Shown here: positions 9,690-19,837 of the stretch, piece by piece
How the letters are laid out: each line of letters opens with the position of its first letter
Numbering within the stretch: position 1 is the stretch's first letter
Assembly (NCBI GenBank): GCA_963675665.1
Contig: OY776510.1
Location: 4,832,001-4,896,000, forward strand
Direction of reading: 5' to 3'
Length of the DNA stretch: 64,000 nt
From: Spirochaetia bacterium
GTDB lineage: Bacteria > Spirochaetota > Spirochaetia > UBA9216
Position numbers and translations under genes: made by a program
Notes under the pieces: generated by a model
What the model was told of the DNA's origin: nothing
The model's input: the letters and a program-made list of their open reading frames with translations, nothing else
The model's database searches: none

Positions 9690-11102
9690 TTATTTCCATA
9701 CCGGGTCTAATTTAATTTCCGCCGGGAATTTCTTTGAATATTCCAAAGCTGCTTCTCTCGAAGTCATCCAGCTTATATCAAGGAAATATTCATGGAGCGC
9801 TGCTACATGAGCTCTTAAAGCTTCCTTGCTGCCGAATTTCTCGGTCATTGCAGGGAAATAATAGTCATGCGAACCAAGATATGTTCCACCTCCGGCATGG
9901 CGATCGTATTTAAGACCGAGTTCTTCACATTTGGCTTTTGACAGAAGCCTGAAATCATAAGGATAGTCTCCGCCGTCTTCGATTTTCATTAAAATCTGTT
10001 CCAGATTGTCTTTCAGCGGCCCGGTATTAAAACTTGGATGATCCGCAATACCTGCGGCTTCTGCAAGTTTTTCCAGTTCTCCCGGTCTTCCATATAGGTC
10101 CAGAGTTCCTGTCTGAAGCATTTCTTCTGATTCCGGATACCATGCGCCTACACACATATCGTATAACATCGGGACAAGCCGTCCGCCGAAATACGGAATT
10201 GCGAAACCTGATGTACACAGGAAGTTACCATCAAGTATTTCCTCGGCTGTTGTCATTTCCATGTCGCGAGCTGCTGAATATGGTCCAATATTAACACCTC
10301 GATCCTTAAGAGCATTGAGCGCTCCCATAGATATGGAATCATTTGCTCCCCATAGACCTTCATAATCAGTTCTTACGGACAATGCAGCTTCAGCAGCAGC
10401 CCGGCCGCCTTCATAGCCCCACTCGCCGTACTGGAAACCCATCAGTTTCATTTCAGGATAATTCATTAAAGCCTGATAAACTCCAAGGTTTATATATACT
10501 GTTGAAACAGTTGCTGCAGACTTGCTGCCCTGATTGATAAGGATATTTGATTTTCCATCCTCTTTCATTTTTTCCATAAGACATGTCAAAGGAATAAATG
10601 TCTGCTCATCTGAAAAAGGAGTGTTGTCAATTACCCAACGCGGACCAAAATCGCCGGGCATAATATCACCGGTGTATCCGAAATAGGTAGCCAAAAAGAC
10701 ATTATTATCATTGGCAATCTGGGTAAGTTCAGGAATTACCGACATATCCGGAACATTAAGGATTATTGCCTTTGCACCTGAGGCTATCATACTTTCGGCA
10801 ATCTCTATCCATTCGGATTGAGTACTTGCTACAGCACCTTTAAATTCAAGCCCCATCTGGTTACAAGCCTGCTCGATTGCCTGATATACCATAATGGCAT
10901 ATTCCTGTCCCAGGTGCCAGGTGATATGACCTATCAGAAAACTGTCTCCCGGCTCCGCATTTTTGTACTTCTGGGCCAACTCAGCCCTTGTAAGACTTGC
11001 ATCTTCTGCTGCATTCGATTCCTGCTGACCTCCGGCAAATATCATGCCGGCACATAAAACAACCAGGACGGTGAACAAACAGACCTTCATCCATTTCTTC
11101 AT
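9690..11102 (-). CDS. Sugar ABC substrate-binding protein with C-terminal extension
   Basis: Signal peptide plus AGGQQE; GANDSISMGA motif; 470 aa. Confidence 0.82.
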   Translation of the reverse strand: MKKWMKVCLFTVLVVLCAGMIFAGGQQESNAAEDASLTRAELAQKYKNAEPGDSFLIGHITWHLGQEYAIMVYQAIEQACNQMGLEFKGAVASTQSEWIEIAESMIASGAKAIILNVPDMSVIPELTQIANDNNVFLATYFGYTGDIMPGDFGPRWVIDNTPFSDEQTFIPLTCLMEKMKEDGKSNILINQGSKSAATVSTVYINLGVYQALMNYPEMKLMGFQYGEWGYEGGRAAAEAALSVRTDYEGLWGANDSISMGALNALKDRGVNIGPYSAARDMEMTTAEEILDGNFLCTSGFAIPYFGGRLVPMLYDMCVGAWYPESEEMLQTGTLDLYGRPGELEKLAEAAGIADHPSFNTGPLKDNLEQILMKIEDGGDYPYDFRLLSKAKCEELGLKYDRHAGGGTYLGSHDYYFPAMTEKFGSKEALRAHVAALHEYFLDISWMTSREAALEYSKKFPAEIKLDPVWK

Positions 11103-11222
11103 AATAGAACCTCCAATATTTTTTAACTGTTCATTACCCGTAATGTCTGACTAATAAGCGCTCTTCAAACATCCGTATCCTGCACAGTCGTTTGTATTTA
11201 AAATTGCAGACAAAACAATCTC

Positions 11223-11238
11223 TGCAATTTTCATACCA
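11223..11238 (-). promoter_or_regulatory. sigma54 -24/-12 promoter
   Basis: Minus strand TGGTATGAAAATTGCA (GG-N10-GC), about 120 bp upstream of the SBP start. Confidence 0.72.
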
Positions 11239-11405
11239 CCTTCTGTCATGGAAATAAATATAAAATCTTATTCAAATTCATTTTATAAAATAAGATTTTA
11301 TATGATTTTTGTGCGGATCTTTCCACAACTAAACCATATCCAGTAATGAAACCCATATTTGAGCCCCCCGAAGATTAAGCCGAAGGGCCTGCAAATACGG
11401 AATAT

Positions 11406-11441
11406 TTTACAGATCTGTAAACTTCTTTACAGATCTGTTAC
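11406..11441. promoter_or_regulatory. Tandem putative enhancer boxes (TTACA-N4-TGTAA)
   Basis: Perfect palindrome TTTACAGATCTGTAAA at 11406-11421; second copy TTTACAGATCTGTTAC 20 bp further. Confidence 0.72.
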
Positions 11442-11445
11442 AACA

Positions 11446-12225
11446 CTAAAGAAGCGTCTCCGGATCAACAACAGTCAGTCCGTACCGGCAGACAATCTCC
11501 ATACATTTAGCAAGCGGAGAAACAACCTCTGACGGATCATGCGCATCTGTACTGCAGACAGCCTGAACATCGTACTCCGAAGCCGTTTCCCAGAAGGAAT
11601 CGTATGGATATTTTTTATCCACCCCCAATTCAGTTCTTATATCAGTGCTGCTGAATCCGTTTCCGTTTATTTCCACAGGCACCCGCAAAGATTCAGCGGC
11701 AGCAAGAATATCTCTTGCGCAGGCTTTTGCATTTGAATCCCATGACTGATACCCCTGCATGAACAAATCCGGATGCGCAATAAAAAGAAAATACCCGCTC
11801 TCCATCATAGCTGTCTGGTTTTCTGCATATGCAACAAGATGCTGAACCGTAGAAACATCATCAACAAAGACCCAATCTCCCCTGAAAGGCACCCAGTGTT
11901 CTGCCCCAATCAGAAAATCAAACCTGCTGTTTTTAAATATATTTTCATCAAGATATTGTAAAAGACTTTCCGAGTACTCACATTCCAGTCCGGCATAAAG
12001 GCGCATATCAGGATTTTTCTTTCTGCTCTCATCAATAGCATCCAGATACTGTTCAAGTTCATCTATCCGCATTCTGTGTTCGGACCACCTCCCGGGAGGT
12101 AAGGGCGCATGATCAGCAAAACCCAGGATATCCGCACCCTCCGCCTTTGCCGCAGACACATAGTCTTCAACATCTCCTTTGCAATGATTGCATCTGAATG
12201 TATGGGTATGAAAATTTGGCAACAT
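11446..12225 (-). CDS. PHP-domain hydrolase, histidinol-phosphatase (HisK/HisJ) family
   Basis: HTHT, ADHAP, AHPD, TDAH metal-binding motifs. Confidence 0.88.
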   Translation of the reverse strand: MLPNFHTHTFRCNHCKGDVEDYVSAAKAEGADILGFADHAPLPPGRWSEHRMRIDELEQYLDAIDESRKKNPDMRLYAGLECEYSESLLQYLDENIFKNSRFDFLIGAEHWVPFRGDWVFVDDVSTVQHLVAYAENQTAMMESGYFLFIAHPDLFMQGYQSWDSNAKACARDILAAAESLRVPVEINGNGFSSTDIRTELGVDKKYPYDSFWETASEYDVQAVCSTDAHDPSEVVSPLAKCMEIVCRYGLTVVDPETLL

Positions 12226-12242
12226 ATTCTCCCCGGGTTTCC

Positions 12243-13307
12243 TTATGCATTAAAAAAAAGAATTTTGTTATAAGCAAACTCTCTGTTTTTTAACCGATCA
12301 AACACCAGCGGAGCCTGCTCCATCGGAAACCTGTGGCTGATTAATGCCTTAAGGTTCAACAATCCCGACGCCAGATACTCCAGTATGCTTCTCCATTCGA
12401 CACCTGGAAACGGTGCGGAATAACTGTTCCATGAACCAACCATGGATAATTCTCCGCGAACCATCATCTCAAAACTTTCTGCAGGAATATTGATATCTTT
12501 ATGAGCTGTTCCGAGAAAAAGAACCCTGCCCAAATTTGCACCGGCCCTGAAACATTGCTCCTGGGTAATCGGCGATCCGGCAGTCTCTATCACCACATCA
12601 GCCATATTACCTCCGGTCAACTCTTTCAGGATTTTCACAGGATCATCCTTCATCGAATTTATAATATAATCAGCACCGATTCCTTTTGCTTCACTCAGTT
12701 TCCCTTCTACAACATCTACTGCAGCTATCTTTGTTGCGCCCATAATTCGGGCAAGCTGTATAGCAATCTGGCCGATTGGACCGCAACCCAAAACAGCAAC
12801 AAAATCACCCGGATTAATTCCGACCTTCTTCATCCCGTGAAGAGTTACTGCTGCCGGCTCTACAATTGCGCCTTCATCAAAACTGACTTCATCAGGCATC
12901 ACAAGTATATTCCTCTCGGGCACAATCACATATTCGGTAAAAGCTCCGTCCCGTCTTGAACCTATAAAATCGTAATTTACACATTGCCCGTAATTTCCTT
13001 TGGCACAATTGGCGCAATTCATACACGGAATCATCGGCGCAACTACAACCCTGCTGCCGGGAATCACTGTGGTAACGGCTTCGCCGGCATCTTCCACTAC
13101 TCCGCTGAATTCATGCCCCGGAATAGTGGGAAAGTGATAAGTCCCCTTAAAAAGCACCCGGTCAAGATCAGAACCGCAAATTCCAGCCGATTTTATACGA
13201 ACAAGAACATCATTGCTGTTCTTTATTTCAGGCTTGTCTACCTGAACATACCTGAGATCCCCGGGAGCGAACAAGGTTGCACTATTCATTTTATCCATAT
13301 CATCCAC
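12243..13307 (-). CDS. Zn-dependent dehydrogenase, galactitol-1-phosphate 5-dehydrogenase-like
   Basis: GICGSD, GHEFSG, CxxCxxC, GCGPIG, GSWNSYSAPFPG.EW; true start may be a few codons downstream. Confidence 0.85.
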   Translation of the reverse strand: MDDMDKMNSATLFAPGDLRYVQVDKPEIKNSNDVLVRIKSAGICGSDLDRVLFKGTYHFPTIPGHEFSGVVEDAGEAVTTVIPGSRVVVAPMIPCMNCANCAKGNYGQCVNYDFIGSRRDGAFTEYVIVPERNILVMPDEVSFDEGAIVEPAAVTLHGMKKVGINPGDFVAVLGCGPIGQIAIQLARIMGATKIAAVDVVEGKLSEAKGIGADYIINSMKDDPVKILKELTGGNMADVVIETAGSPITQEQCFRAGANLGRVLFLGTAHKDINIPAESFEMMVRGELSMVGSWNSYSAPFPGVEWRSILEYLASGLLNLKALISHRFPMEQAPLVFDRLKNREFAYNKILFFNA

Positions 13308-14363
13308 CTATTCGTTACCTATCAAAACCTTCAGGCCCTGCCCGCTCAGGGCAAATTCAAATGCCTCCGCCGCCTGCTCGATTGGAAATTTTCGGCTTAC
13401 CAGCCCCTTTACATCAACACGGTCGGACGACACTATCTTTATGGCCTTTTCCACATCTTCGAGATTGGAGCCTGTTGTGCCGAGAACGGTCAATTCTTTG
13501 TAATGAATAAGATTTGTGTTGAGATTGACAATTTCTTTACCTTTGGGCATTCCGCCGAAGAAATTAACGCGACCGTGTACACCTGCAATTTCAAGAGCCG
13601 ACTGTTGAAGCTCCGGAACGCTGTTGGCTGTTATTACAATATCAGCGCCTTTACCGTCTGTCATTTTCCTGACAGCATCTTCAAGGTCTTCTTCTGATGA
13701 GTTGATATAACAGTCGGCAACCCCAAATGCGCTTGCTTCCTCCAGCCGTTTTTTGTTTATATCAACAATTGCCACATTGGTAGAACCCGCAAGCCTGTTT
13801 ATCATTGCATGCATAATTCCAATCGGTCCCGATCCTACGACTACTACACTTTCTCCCGGCTTTGTATCAAGATGTTTATAACTGTTATAACAGCATGAGA
13901 ACGGTTCACAAAGTGCCGCCTCATTATATGAAAGGCTGTCCGGGATAGGCAGGAGGTTTCCCATTTTTATAGCTTGTGCCGGAACCTTCATATATTCCTG
14001 AAAACCACCGTCCCAGCTTATTCCGAAGGCTTCATAGGTATAGCACAATTGGTTATAACCTTGCCTGCACATTTCACAGACGCCGCAACCTACATTCGGC
14101 GGCACTACAATTCGCATTCCTACTGAAAAACGACTGACATTTTTACCGATCTCGACTATTTCTCCGGCTATCTCATGCCCTAAAACCCTCTTGCTTCCTT
14201 CCGGAATCTTAAAATGTCCAAACTTGTATATTCTTAAATCGGTTCCGCAAATCGCCGTTGCTTTAACCTTTATCAATATTTCATTGTCATCGATTTCGGG
14301 AATACTAACATCTTCAACCCGAATATCTTTGATCCCGCAGTAAAACGCTGCTTTCATCATCAC
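13308..14363 (-). CDS. Zn-dependent polyol dehydrogenase (L-iditol 2-dehydrogenase-like)
   Basis: ICGTD, GHE, CGVCEMC, GSGPIG, FFGG.P. Confidence 0.85.
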   Translation of the reverse strand: MMMKAAFYCGIKDIRVEDVSIPEIDDNEILIKVKATAICGTDLRIYKFGHFKIPEGSKRVLGHEIAGEIVEIGKNVSRFSVGMRIVVPPNVGCGVCEMCRQGYNQLCYTYEAFGISWDGGFQEYMKVPAQAIKMGNLLPIPDSLSYNEAALCEPFSCCYNSYKHLDTKPGESVVVVGSGPIGIMHAMINRLAGSTNVAIVDINKKRLEEASAFGVADCYINSSEEDLEDAVRKMTDGKGADIVITANSVPELQQSALEIAGVHGRVNFFGGMPKGKEIVNLNTNLIHYKELTVLGTTGSNLEDVEKAIKIVSSDRVDVKGLVSRKFPIEQAAEAFEFALSGQGLKVLIGNE

Positions 14364-14401
14364 TCCAATACAAAATCTTCAATTATATAGGTCAATTATC
14401 A

Positions 14402-15898
14402 TTATGACTCTATCCAGTTAGTAGTCCTGCCTACAGCCTTTATCCAGCCGGAGTAAAGCTCTTTAAGCTTATCTGCACTCATTTCTTCCTTAAATTTCTT
14501 GTCGAGGTCGAATCCTTTAACAATCTCGTCCTTTCCCGCCCAGAAACCAACCGCCAGACCTGCAAGATATGCAGCTCCACGTACGGTAGATTCAATTATC
14601 TTCGGACGTATTACCGGAATCCCCAGTATTGCCGATTGGAACTCCATTAAGAAATCATTTGCACACGCACCGCCGTCTACCTTCAGTTCAGTAGTGGCAA
14701 TCCCGGAATCATTCTCCATACAGATAATTACGTCCTTTATCTGATAAGCAATCGACTCCAGCGTTGCCCTGATAATATGATTGCGGTTTGCTCCCCGCGT
14801 AAGCCCAAGCAGGCCGCCCCGTGCGTACTGGTCCCAGTACGGCGCCGACAATCCGGTAAACGCCGGAACAAAATAAACCCCGTTGGTATCATTTACCTTT
14901 CTGGCAGCCGCTTCGGAGTCTTCGGCTTTCCCGATCAGTTTAAGCTCATCCCTGAGCCACTGAACCGCAGAGCCTACAGTATACAAAAGCCCTTCAAGAG
15001 CATATTCAACCTTTCCGTCCAGGCCCCAGGCTATTGTTGTGAGCAATCCGTTTTTGGAAGGCATCGGTTTAACACCGGTATTCATTACGAGAGAACCGCC
15101 GGTACCGTATGTGGCTTTCGTCATACCGGGCTCAAAACAGGTTTGACCGAAAAGAGCGCCCTGCTGATCGCCGATGGAGGAAGCAACCGGGATCTTCTGA
15201 CCGAAAAAAACCTCCGGGTCGGTAGTACCGTAGACTTCGCTCGAAGAGCGGACTTCAGGCAGCATTGAATCAGGAATTCCCAGCGCGTCAAGCATTGTCC
15301 TGTCCCATTCAAGCGATTTTATATTGAAAAGGAGAGTTCTGGACGCATTGGAATAATCCGTAACATGTACTTTCCCGCCTGTTATTTTATAGATCAACCA
15401 GCTGTCAATCGTACCGAACATAAGTTCGCCGTTTTCAGCCTTTTTCCGTGCGCCTTCAACATTATCAAGAAGCCACTTTATTTTCGTACCGGAAAAATAC
15501 GCATCTATAAGAAGACCGGTGTTCTCTTTTACATAATCATCAAGGCCTTCAGCTTTGAGATCTTCACATATAGCGGAGGTCCGCCGGTCCTGCCAAACCA
15601 AAGCATTATAAACGGGCAATCCTGTTGATTTCTCCCAAACTACCGTTGTTTCCCTCTGGTTGGTAATTCCGATTGCGGCTATATCACTGAACGAAGCGTT
15701 CGCCTTGCTCATGGCTTCAGTTACCGTCTTTAACTGAGCGTCGAGAATCTCCATCGCATCATGCTCAACATATCCGGGTTTTGGGAAAATTTGTTTGAAA
15801 GGACAGTAATCAAGCGATACAATTTCTCCTTTCGCATCAAACAGCACCGTTCTTACGCCGGTAGTTCCCGAATCAAAGGCCATAACATATTTCGACAT
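14402..15898 (-). CDS. glpK: Glycerol kinase-like FGGY kinase
   Basis: [34 protein letters not shown]; substrate may differ (see findings). Confidence 0.8.
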   Translation of the reverse strand: MSKYVMAFDSGTTGVRTVLFDAKGEIVSLDYCPFKQIFPKPGYVEHDAMEILDAQLKTVTEAMSKANASFSDIAAIGITNQRETTVVWEKSTGLPVYNALVWQDRRTSAICEDLKAEGLDDYVKENTGLLIDAYFSGTKIKWLLDNVEGARKKAENGELMFGTIDSWLIYKITGGKVHVTDYSNASRTLLFNIKSLEWDRTMLDALGIPDSMLPEVRSSSEVYGTTDPEVFFGQKIPVASSIGDQQGALFGQTCFEPGMTKATYGTGGSLVMNTGVKPMPSKNGLLTTIAWGLDGKVEYALEGLLYTVGSAVQWLRDELKLIGKAEDSEAAARKVNDTNGVYFVPAFTGLSAPYWDQYARGGLLGLTRGANRNHIIRATLESIAYQIKDVIICMENDSGIATTELKVDGGACANDFLMEFQSAILGIPVIRPKIIESTVRGAAYLAGLAVGFWAGKDEIVKGFDLDKKFKEEMSADKLKELYSGWIKAVGRTTNWIES

Positions 15899-15921
15899 CT
15901 CTTCCTCCTCAATATCTGCGG

Positions 15922-16749
15922 TTAAACTTCCATTCCGTATCGATGTATCTTGTGCGTCGGATAAAGCGATACTGTAGGTATTGTAACATCAGGCGTTCGT
16001 GTTGCAACATAAAGGGTAATATCAGCTACATTTTCTACATCTATACAGCTTGAGTGAATTCCCTCTTTCAATTCCTTTTCGTCAAGCCATCCGTCGATAT
16101 AAGCCTCAACATCCTTTCCGTCTTTTCCCATCTTGTAAAAACCTTTATCAATTATCTCCGTCATCGGCGTCTTGACATGGGAAGGATTAATAACCGTCAC
16201 TCCGATTTTTTTATCTTTTCCTTCCAGCAGAATATTTTTACTCAAGCCAAGCATTCCATGTTTTGAAGCTCGGTACGGACTGTGTCCCGGACAGGATGCA
16301 ACTTTCGTAGACGACGAACCCATATTCATTATTCTTCCGCCGCTTTCCTGTTTTTCCATTATTCTGAAAGCTTCCCTGCAGCACAGAAACACACCTGTCA
16401 GATTGGGTCCGAGCGTTTTATTCCAGTCTTCAAGCGTTGTCTGGCTGATGGGCGGAGACAACGAATCTCTCCCGGCACTGTTAACCAGCAAATCAAGTTT
16501 CCCGTATTTTTCTATCGCTTTATGAAAAAAGGCTTCTACTTCACTTTCGCTGCAGACATCAGCTGTTATGCTGAAACAATCAGCTCCTGTTGCGGAAATT
16601 TCAGCAGTAACCCTGGCAAGATTATCTTCATCAATATCCACCAGTAGTAATTTTGCACCGTGTTCAGCAAATTTTACAGCTACAGCTTCGCCTATACCCG
16701 AGGCTGCCCCTGTAATAATGCCTACCTTGCCTTCTAATTGCTTATCCAT
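15922..16749 (-). CDS. SDR family oxidoreductase (probably NAD-dependent)
   Basis: TGAASGIG, Asp after beta2, NSAG, YRASK. Confidence 0.88.
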   Translation of the reverse strand: MDKQLEGKVGIITGAASGIGEAVAVKFAEHGAKLLLVDIDEDNLARVTAEISATGADCFSITADVCSESEVEAFFHKAIEKYGKLDLLVNSAGRDSLSPPISQTTLEDWNKTLGPNLTGVFLCCREAFRIMEKQESGGRIMNMGSSSTKVASCPGHSPYRASKHGMLGLSKNILLEGKDKKIGVTVINPSHVKTPMTEIIDKGFYKMGKDGKDVEAYIDGWLDEKELKEGIHSSCIDVENVADITLYVATRTPDVTIPTVSLYPTHKIHRYGMEV

Positions 16750-16880
16750 ATCATCCTCGCATATCTTATTGTGTCATGATTATATAGAATTTAATTTTAT
16801 TTGTCAATATTAAAATAATATTTTATTTTATTTTATTGACGTAATTTTCAGTTCATTGTATTAATATAGTGAGGTTAAAA

Positions 16881-17780
16881 ATGAAATCAAGTGTACTGGG
16901 AAAGATAAGCCGCGAACTTCCATATATGAATCCGGCTCTGTATAAAATCGGAAACTACATTCTGAAAAATCCTGATATAGTTAAAAGTAAAACCATAAAG
17001 GATCTCGCAATTGACTGTGAGGTTGCAGAATCCACAATTACACGTTTTGTAAAGGAAATCGGTTTTACAAACTACCGCGAGCTTAAATATGCCCTGGTTG
17101 AAAATCTTATTATCAAGGAACAGATCGCAGACAACACCGAAAATAAATTTGAATATGTGTATGAAAACATAACCGCAGATGATAATTACGATGAAATAAT
17201 CAGAAAAATTACCAATAAAAACATCAACACTCTGAGCCAAACCCAGGAAATGATTCATACGGATAAAATTGAGCAGGCTGTCGGGATGATTGAAAAGGCT
17301 GAAACACTGATTTTCTCCTGCATGGGATCTTCAGTAATTGCAGCCCAGGAAGCTCAAATGAGATTCACCCGCGCCGGGAAGCAAACCATTCTCAACAGGG
17401 ACGAGAGCATTCAGCTTATGAATGCATCAATCAGCAATGAAACAAACCTGCTAATCGGACTCAGCAATTCCGGAAAGACAAAGGTTGTTATTGACTCCCT
17501 CCGAATAGCGAAACAGAATAACACCCCTACTATTGCCATCACTTCCTTTGAAAATTCTCCTATCTGCAGCCATGCTGATCTTGTTCTTTTCACGTCAACC
17601 AAAACTGCAGAAGTGCCGACAGCTTTCGACTGGGAATCCACTACCTCAAAATTCTCCCAGATCCTCTTAATCGATATTCTTTATGCATGTTATGCAATCA
17701 GGAATTTCGAAACGACAAAAATGAATATGGATAAAAGCTACAAAGCGCTTATCAATACCAGAAAATCTCCGCTTCTGTAA
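16881..17780 (+). CDS. MurR/RpiR family transcriptional regulator
   Basis: N-terminal HTH (VAESTITRFVKEIGF), SIS domain (SNSGKT); divergent from the SDR-kinase operon. Confidence 0.92.
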   Translation: MKSSVLGKISRELPYMNPALYKIGNYILKNPDIVKSKTIKDLAIDCEVAESTITRFVKEIGFTNYRELKYALVENLIIKEQIADNTENKFEYVYENITADDNYDEIIRKITNKNINTLSQTQEMIHTDKIEQAVGMIEKAETLIFSCMGSSVIAAQEAQMRFTRAGKQTILNRDESIQLMNASISNETNLLIGLSNSGKTKVVIDSLRIAKQNNTPTIAITSFENSPICSHADLVLFTSTKTAEVPTAFDWESTTSKFSQILLIDILYACYAIRNFETTKMNMDKSYKALINTRKSPLL

Positions 17781-17831
17781 TATCCCTGGTATACAAAAGC
17801 GTTTTAAAACCACAGGTCTAACCCTTTGGTT

Positions 17832-18848
17832 TTAAATCTTTCCAAGGGCCTTCTGTTTGCGGAGGATTAAATATCCATCAACGCTGACTACAAGCATCAG
17901 GATTGCCCCGACAACAACATACTGCCAGGTTGATTTAATCTCAAAAAGATTGAACATGTTAATGATCAGAGACATACAAACTACTCCGCCGAGAGTGCCT
18001 GCCGCCGAGCCTCTTCCTCCCGTCAGACTGGCCCCTCCGAGAATACAGCTTATTATTGCTGTTACATTAACACCTTCTCCCAAATACCTGTTTGCCTGCT
18101 CAAACCTTGCAACCGAGAGAATTCCGGACAGGGCACAGAGAACACCTGTAAATATATAAGTCAACATTAAAATTCTGTCCGTATTAAACCCCATAAGGTC
18201 GGCAGCCTCTCTGTTATCTCCCGTAAGATACAGTTTTCTGCCTGCAGGCGAGTAACGAAGAAAAAGCGTTATCCCTACAGCCAGAACAACCATAACAAGA
18301 AACATATAATATACGCCGAAAACTCTCCCGCCCAACCACACAAAGGATTGTGGAAGCTCAACTGCAGTCTGATACTCAGCCTGGCCCTTATGGCTTCCGG
18401 CAAAAACGACCATAGCTATACCCTGAGCTATTCCCATAGTGCCTATAGTTGCTATTAGCGGATTAATTTTCAGAACAGCCACCAAAAATCCGTTAACTGT
18501 GCCGACAACTGCTCCGACAAGAAGCCCGGCCAGTATGACAACGCCTACAGGCAGCTCAAATTTAAACAGCCATGAAGTTATTATTCCGCTGAGGACCATA
18601 ATTGCTCCTACCGATAAATCAAATACGCCGCAGATGAGAAGAAGAACCATCCCGAATGCAACAATAGCTACGGGAGCGATACTTGTCTGAAGAGAAAAAA
18701 GATTATCCATGTTCCAGAAAAAATCACTTCCGACAGATAAAATAATCACCAGCAAAGCACAGAATAAAATTGTAATGGCACCGTTCTTTTCCAGCAATTT
18801 CCTTAATCCGGAAATTTTATTACTACCGTTAAAAATTATAAAATTCAT
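17832..18848 (-). CDS. Sugar ABC transporter permease
   Basis: GVFDLSVG, GRKLYLTGDN, ILGGASLTGG. Confidence 0.9.
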   Translation of the reverse strand: MNFIIFNGSNKISGLRKLLEKNGAITILFCALLVIILSVGSDFFWNMDNLFSLQTSIAPVAIVAFGMVLLLICGVFDLSVGAIMVLSGIITSWLFKFELPVGVVILAGLLVGAVVGTVNGFLVAVLKINPLIATIGTMGIAQGIAMVVFAGSHKGQAEYQTAVELPQSFVWLGGRVFGVYYMFLVMVVLAVGITLFLRYSPAGRKLYLTGDNREAADLMGFNTDRILMLTYIFTGVLCALSGILSVARFEQANRYLGEGVNVTAIISCILGGASLTGGRGSAAGTLGGVVCMSLIINMFNLFEIKSTWQYVVVGAILMLVVSVDGYLILRKQKALGKI

Positions 18849-18852
18849 ATTG

Positions 18853-19824
18853 TTACACCTTTCCCCGATTCAGTCTGGCATCAACAAATACTGCGGCAAT
18901 GAGAATAACTCCGAGCAGGACCTGCTGATAATAAGGATCGACTCCGTAAATAATCATTCCGTTCTGGACTATTGAAAGCAGCAGCAATCCCAGAGCTGAT
19001 CGCAGAATACTCCCCCGGCCGCCGTTAAGGCTGGCACCGCCTATAACAGCTGCAGTTACCATGGTAAATTCAAGATTTAACCCGGTTGTAGGATAAGCAT
19101 GGGTTATTCTGGAAGTTGCAAGAATTCCACCGATTCCGGCCGAAGCCGCAGAGACAGCAAAAATGATTGCTTTTATCTTTTTCGTTTTTATCCCGTAGAT
19201 TCTGGCAGTATCCTGATTATATCCAATGTAGAAAAACTGCCTGAATATTGACGACCTGTAGAGCAGGATCTCCAATACTATTACCAGCAAAACAAAAATA
19301 ATTACAGTCCAGTGGATCTCACCAATCCTGAATTTAATAAGCTTCCTGTAAGCGGTTGGAAATATTTGCGCTCCAAGTACTGATGTCAGGATGGAAGTTA
19401 AACCCCGCAGGACGCTCATCATTCCGATTGTGATTATCATTGACAACACCCTGAACCTGACGACAAGAAACCCGTTAATAAGTCCGATAAATGCCATAAC
19501 AGCTACAGCCAGCAGAAAACTGATAAAAAACGGGATACCGAAAACACTCACGAAAATTCCCAGAAGTGCACCGGCAAAACCATAGGCGGAACCTACAGAC
19601 ATATCGATTTCGCCCATTATAATCAGGTAGGTAAAACCAATCAGAGCAAAAAACTGGATAGATACTCCGAAAAGAATTGAATATATATTGTTATAGCTGA
19701 AAAATGTATCGGTTGTTAAACTCAAAATTATTACCAGGGCAACAATTAAAATAACAATCGTATAATTACTGATATTCGGTAATCTGTATTTTAAGGATCC
19801 TGTTCTTGGTATATCCTGATTCAT
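18853..19824 (-). CDS. Sugar ABC transporter permease
   Basis: GEIDMSVGS, VIGGASLNGG; start at MNQDIP after GAGGAG. Confidence 0.9.
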   Translation of the reverse strand: MNQDIPRTGSLKYRLPNISNYTIVILIVALVIILSLTTDTFFSYNNIYSILFGVSIQFFALIGFTYLIIMGEIDMSVGSAYGFAGALLGIFVSVFGIPFFISFLLAVAVMAFIGLINGFLVVRFRVLSMIITIGMMSVLRGLTSILTSVLGAQIFPTAYRKLIKFRIGEIHWTVIIFVLLVIVLEILLYRSSIFRQFFYIGYNQDTARIYGIKTKKIKAIIFAVSAASAGIGGILATSRITHAYPTTGLNLEFTMVTAAVIGGASLNGGRGSILRSALGLLLLSIVQNGMIIYGVDPYYQQVLLGVILIAAVFVDARLNRGKV

Positions 19825-19837
19825 TACTTTATACTCC

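Noticed and set aside
11446-12225. Histidine biosynthesis role for the PHP protein
   Set aside because: No his genes nearby; context favours a sugar/polyol-phosphate phosphatase, though unproven
12984-13697. 237-aa plus-strand ORF
   Set aside because: Antisense to two clear dehydrogenase genes
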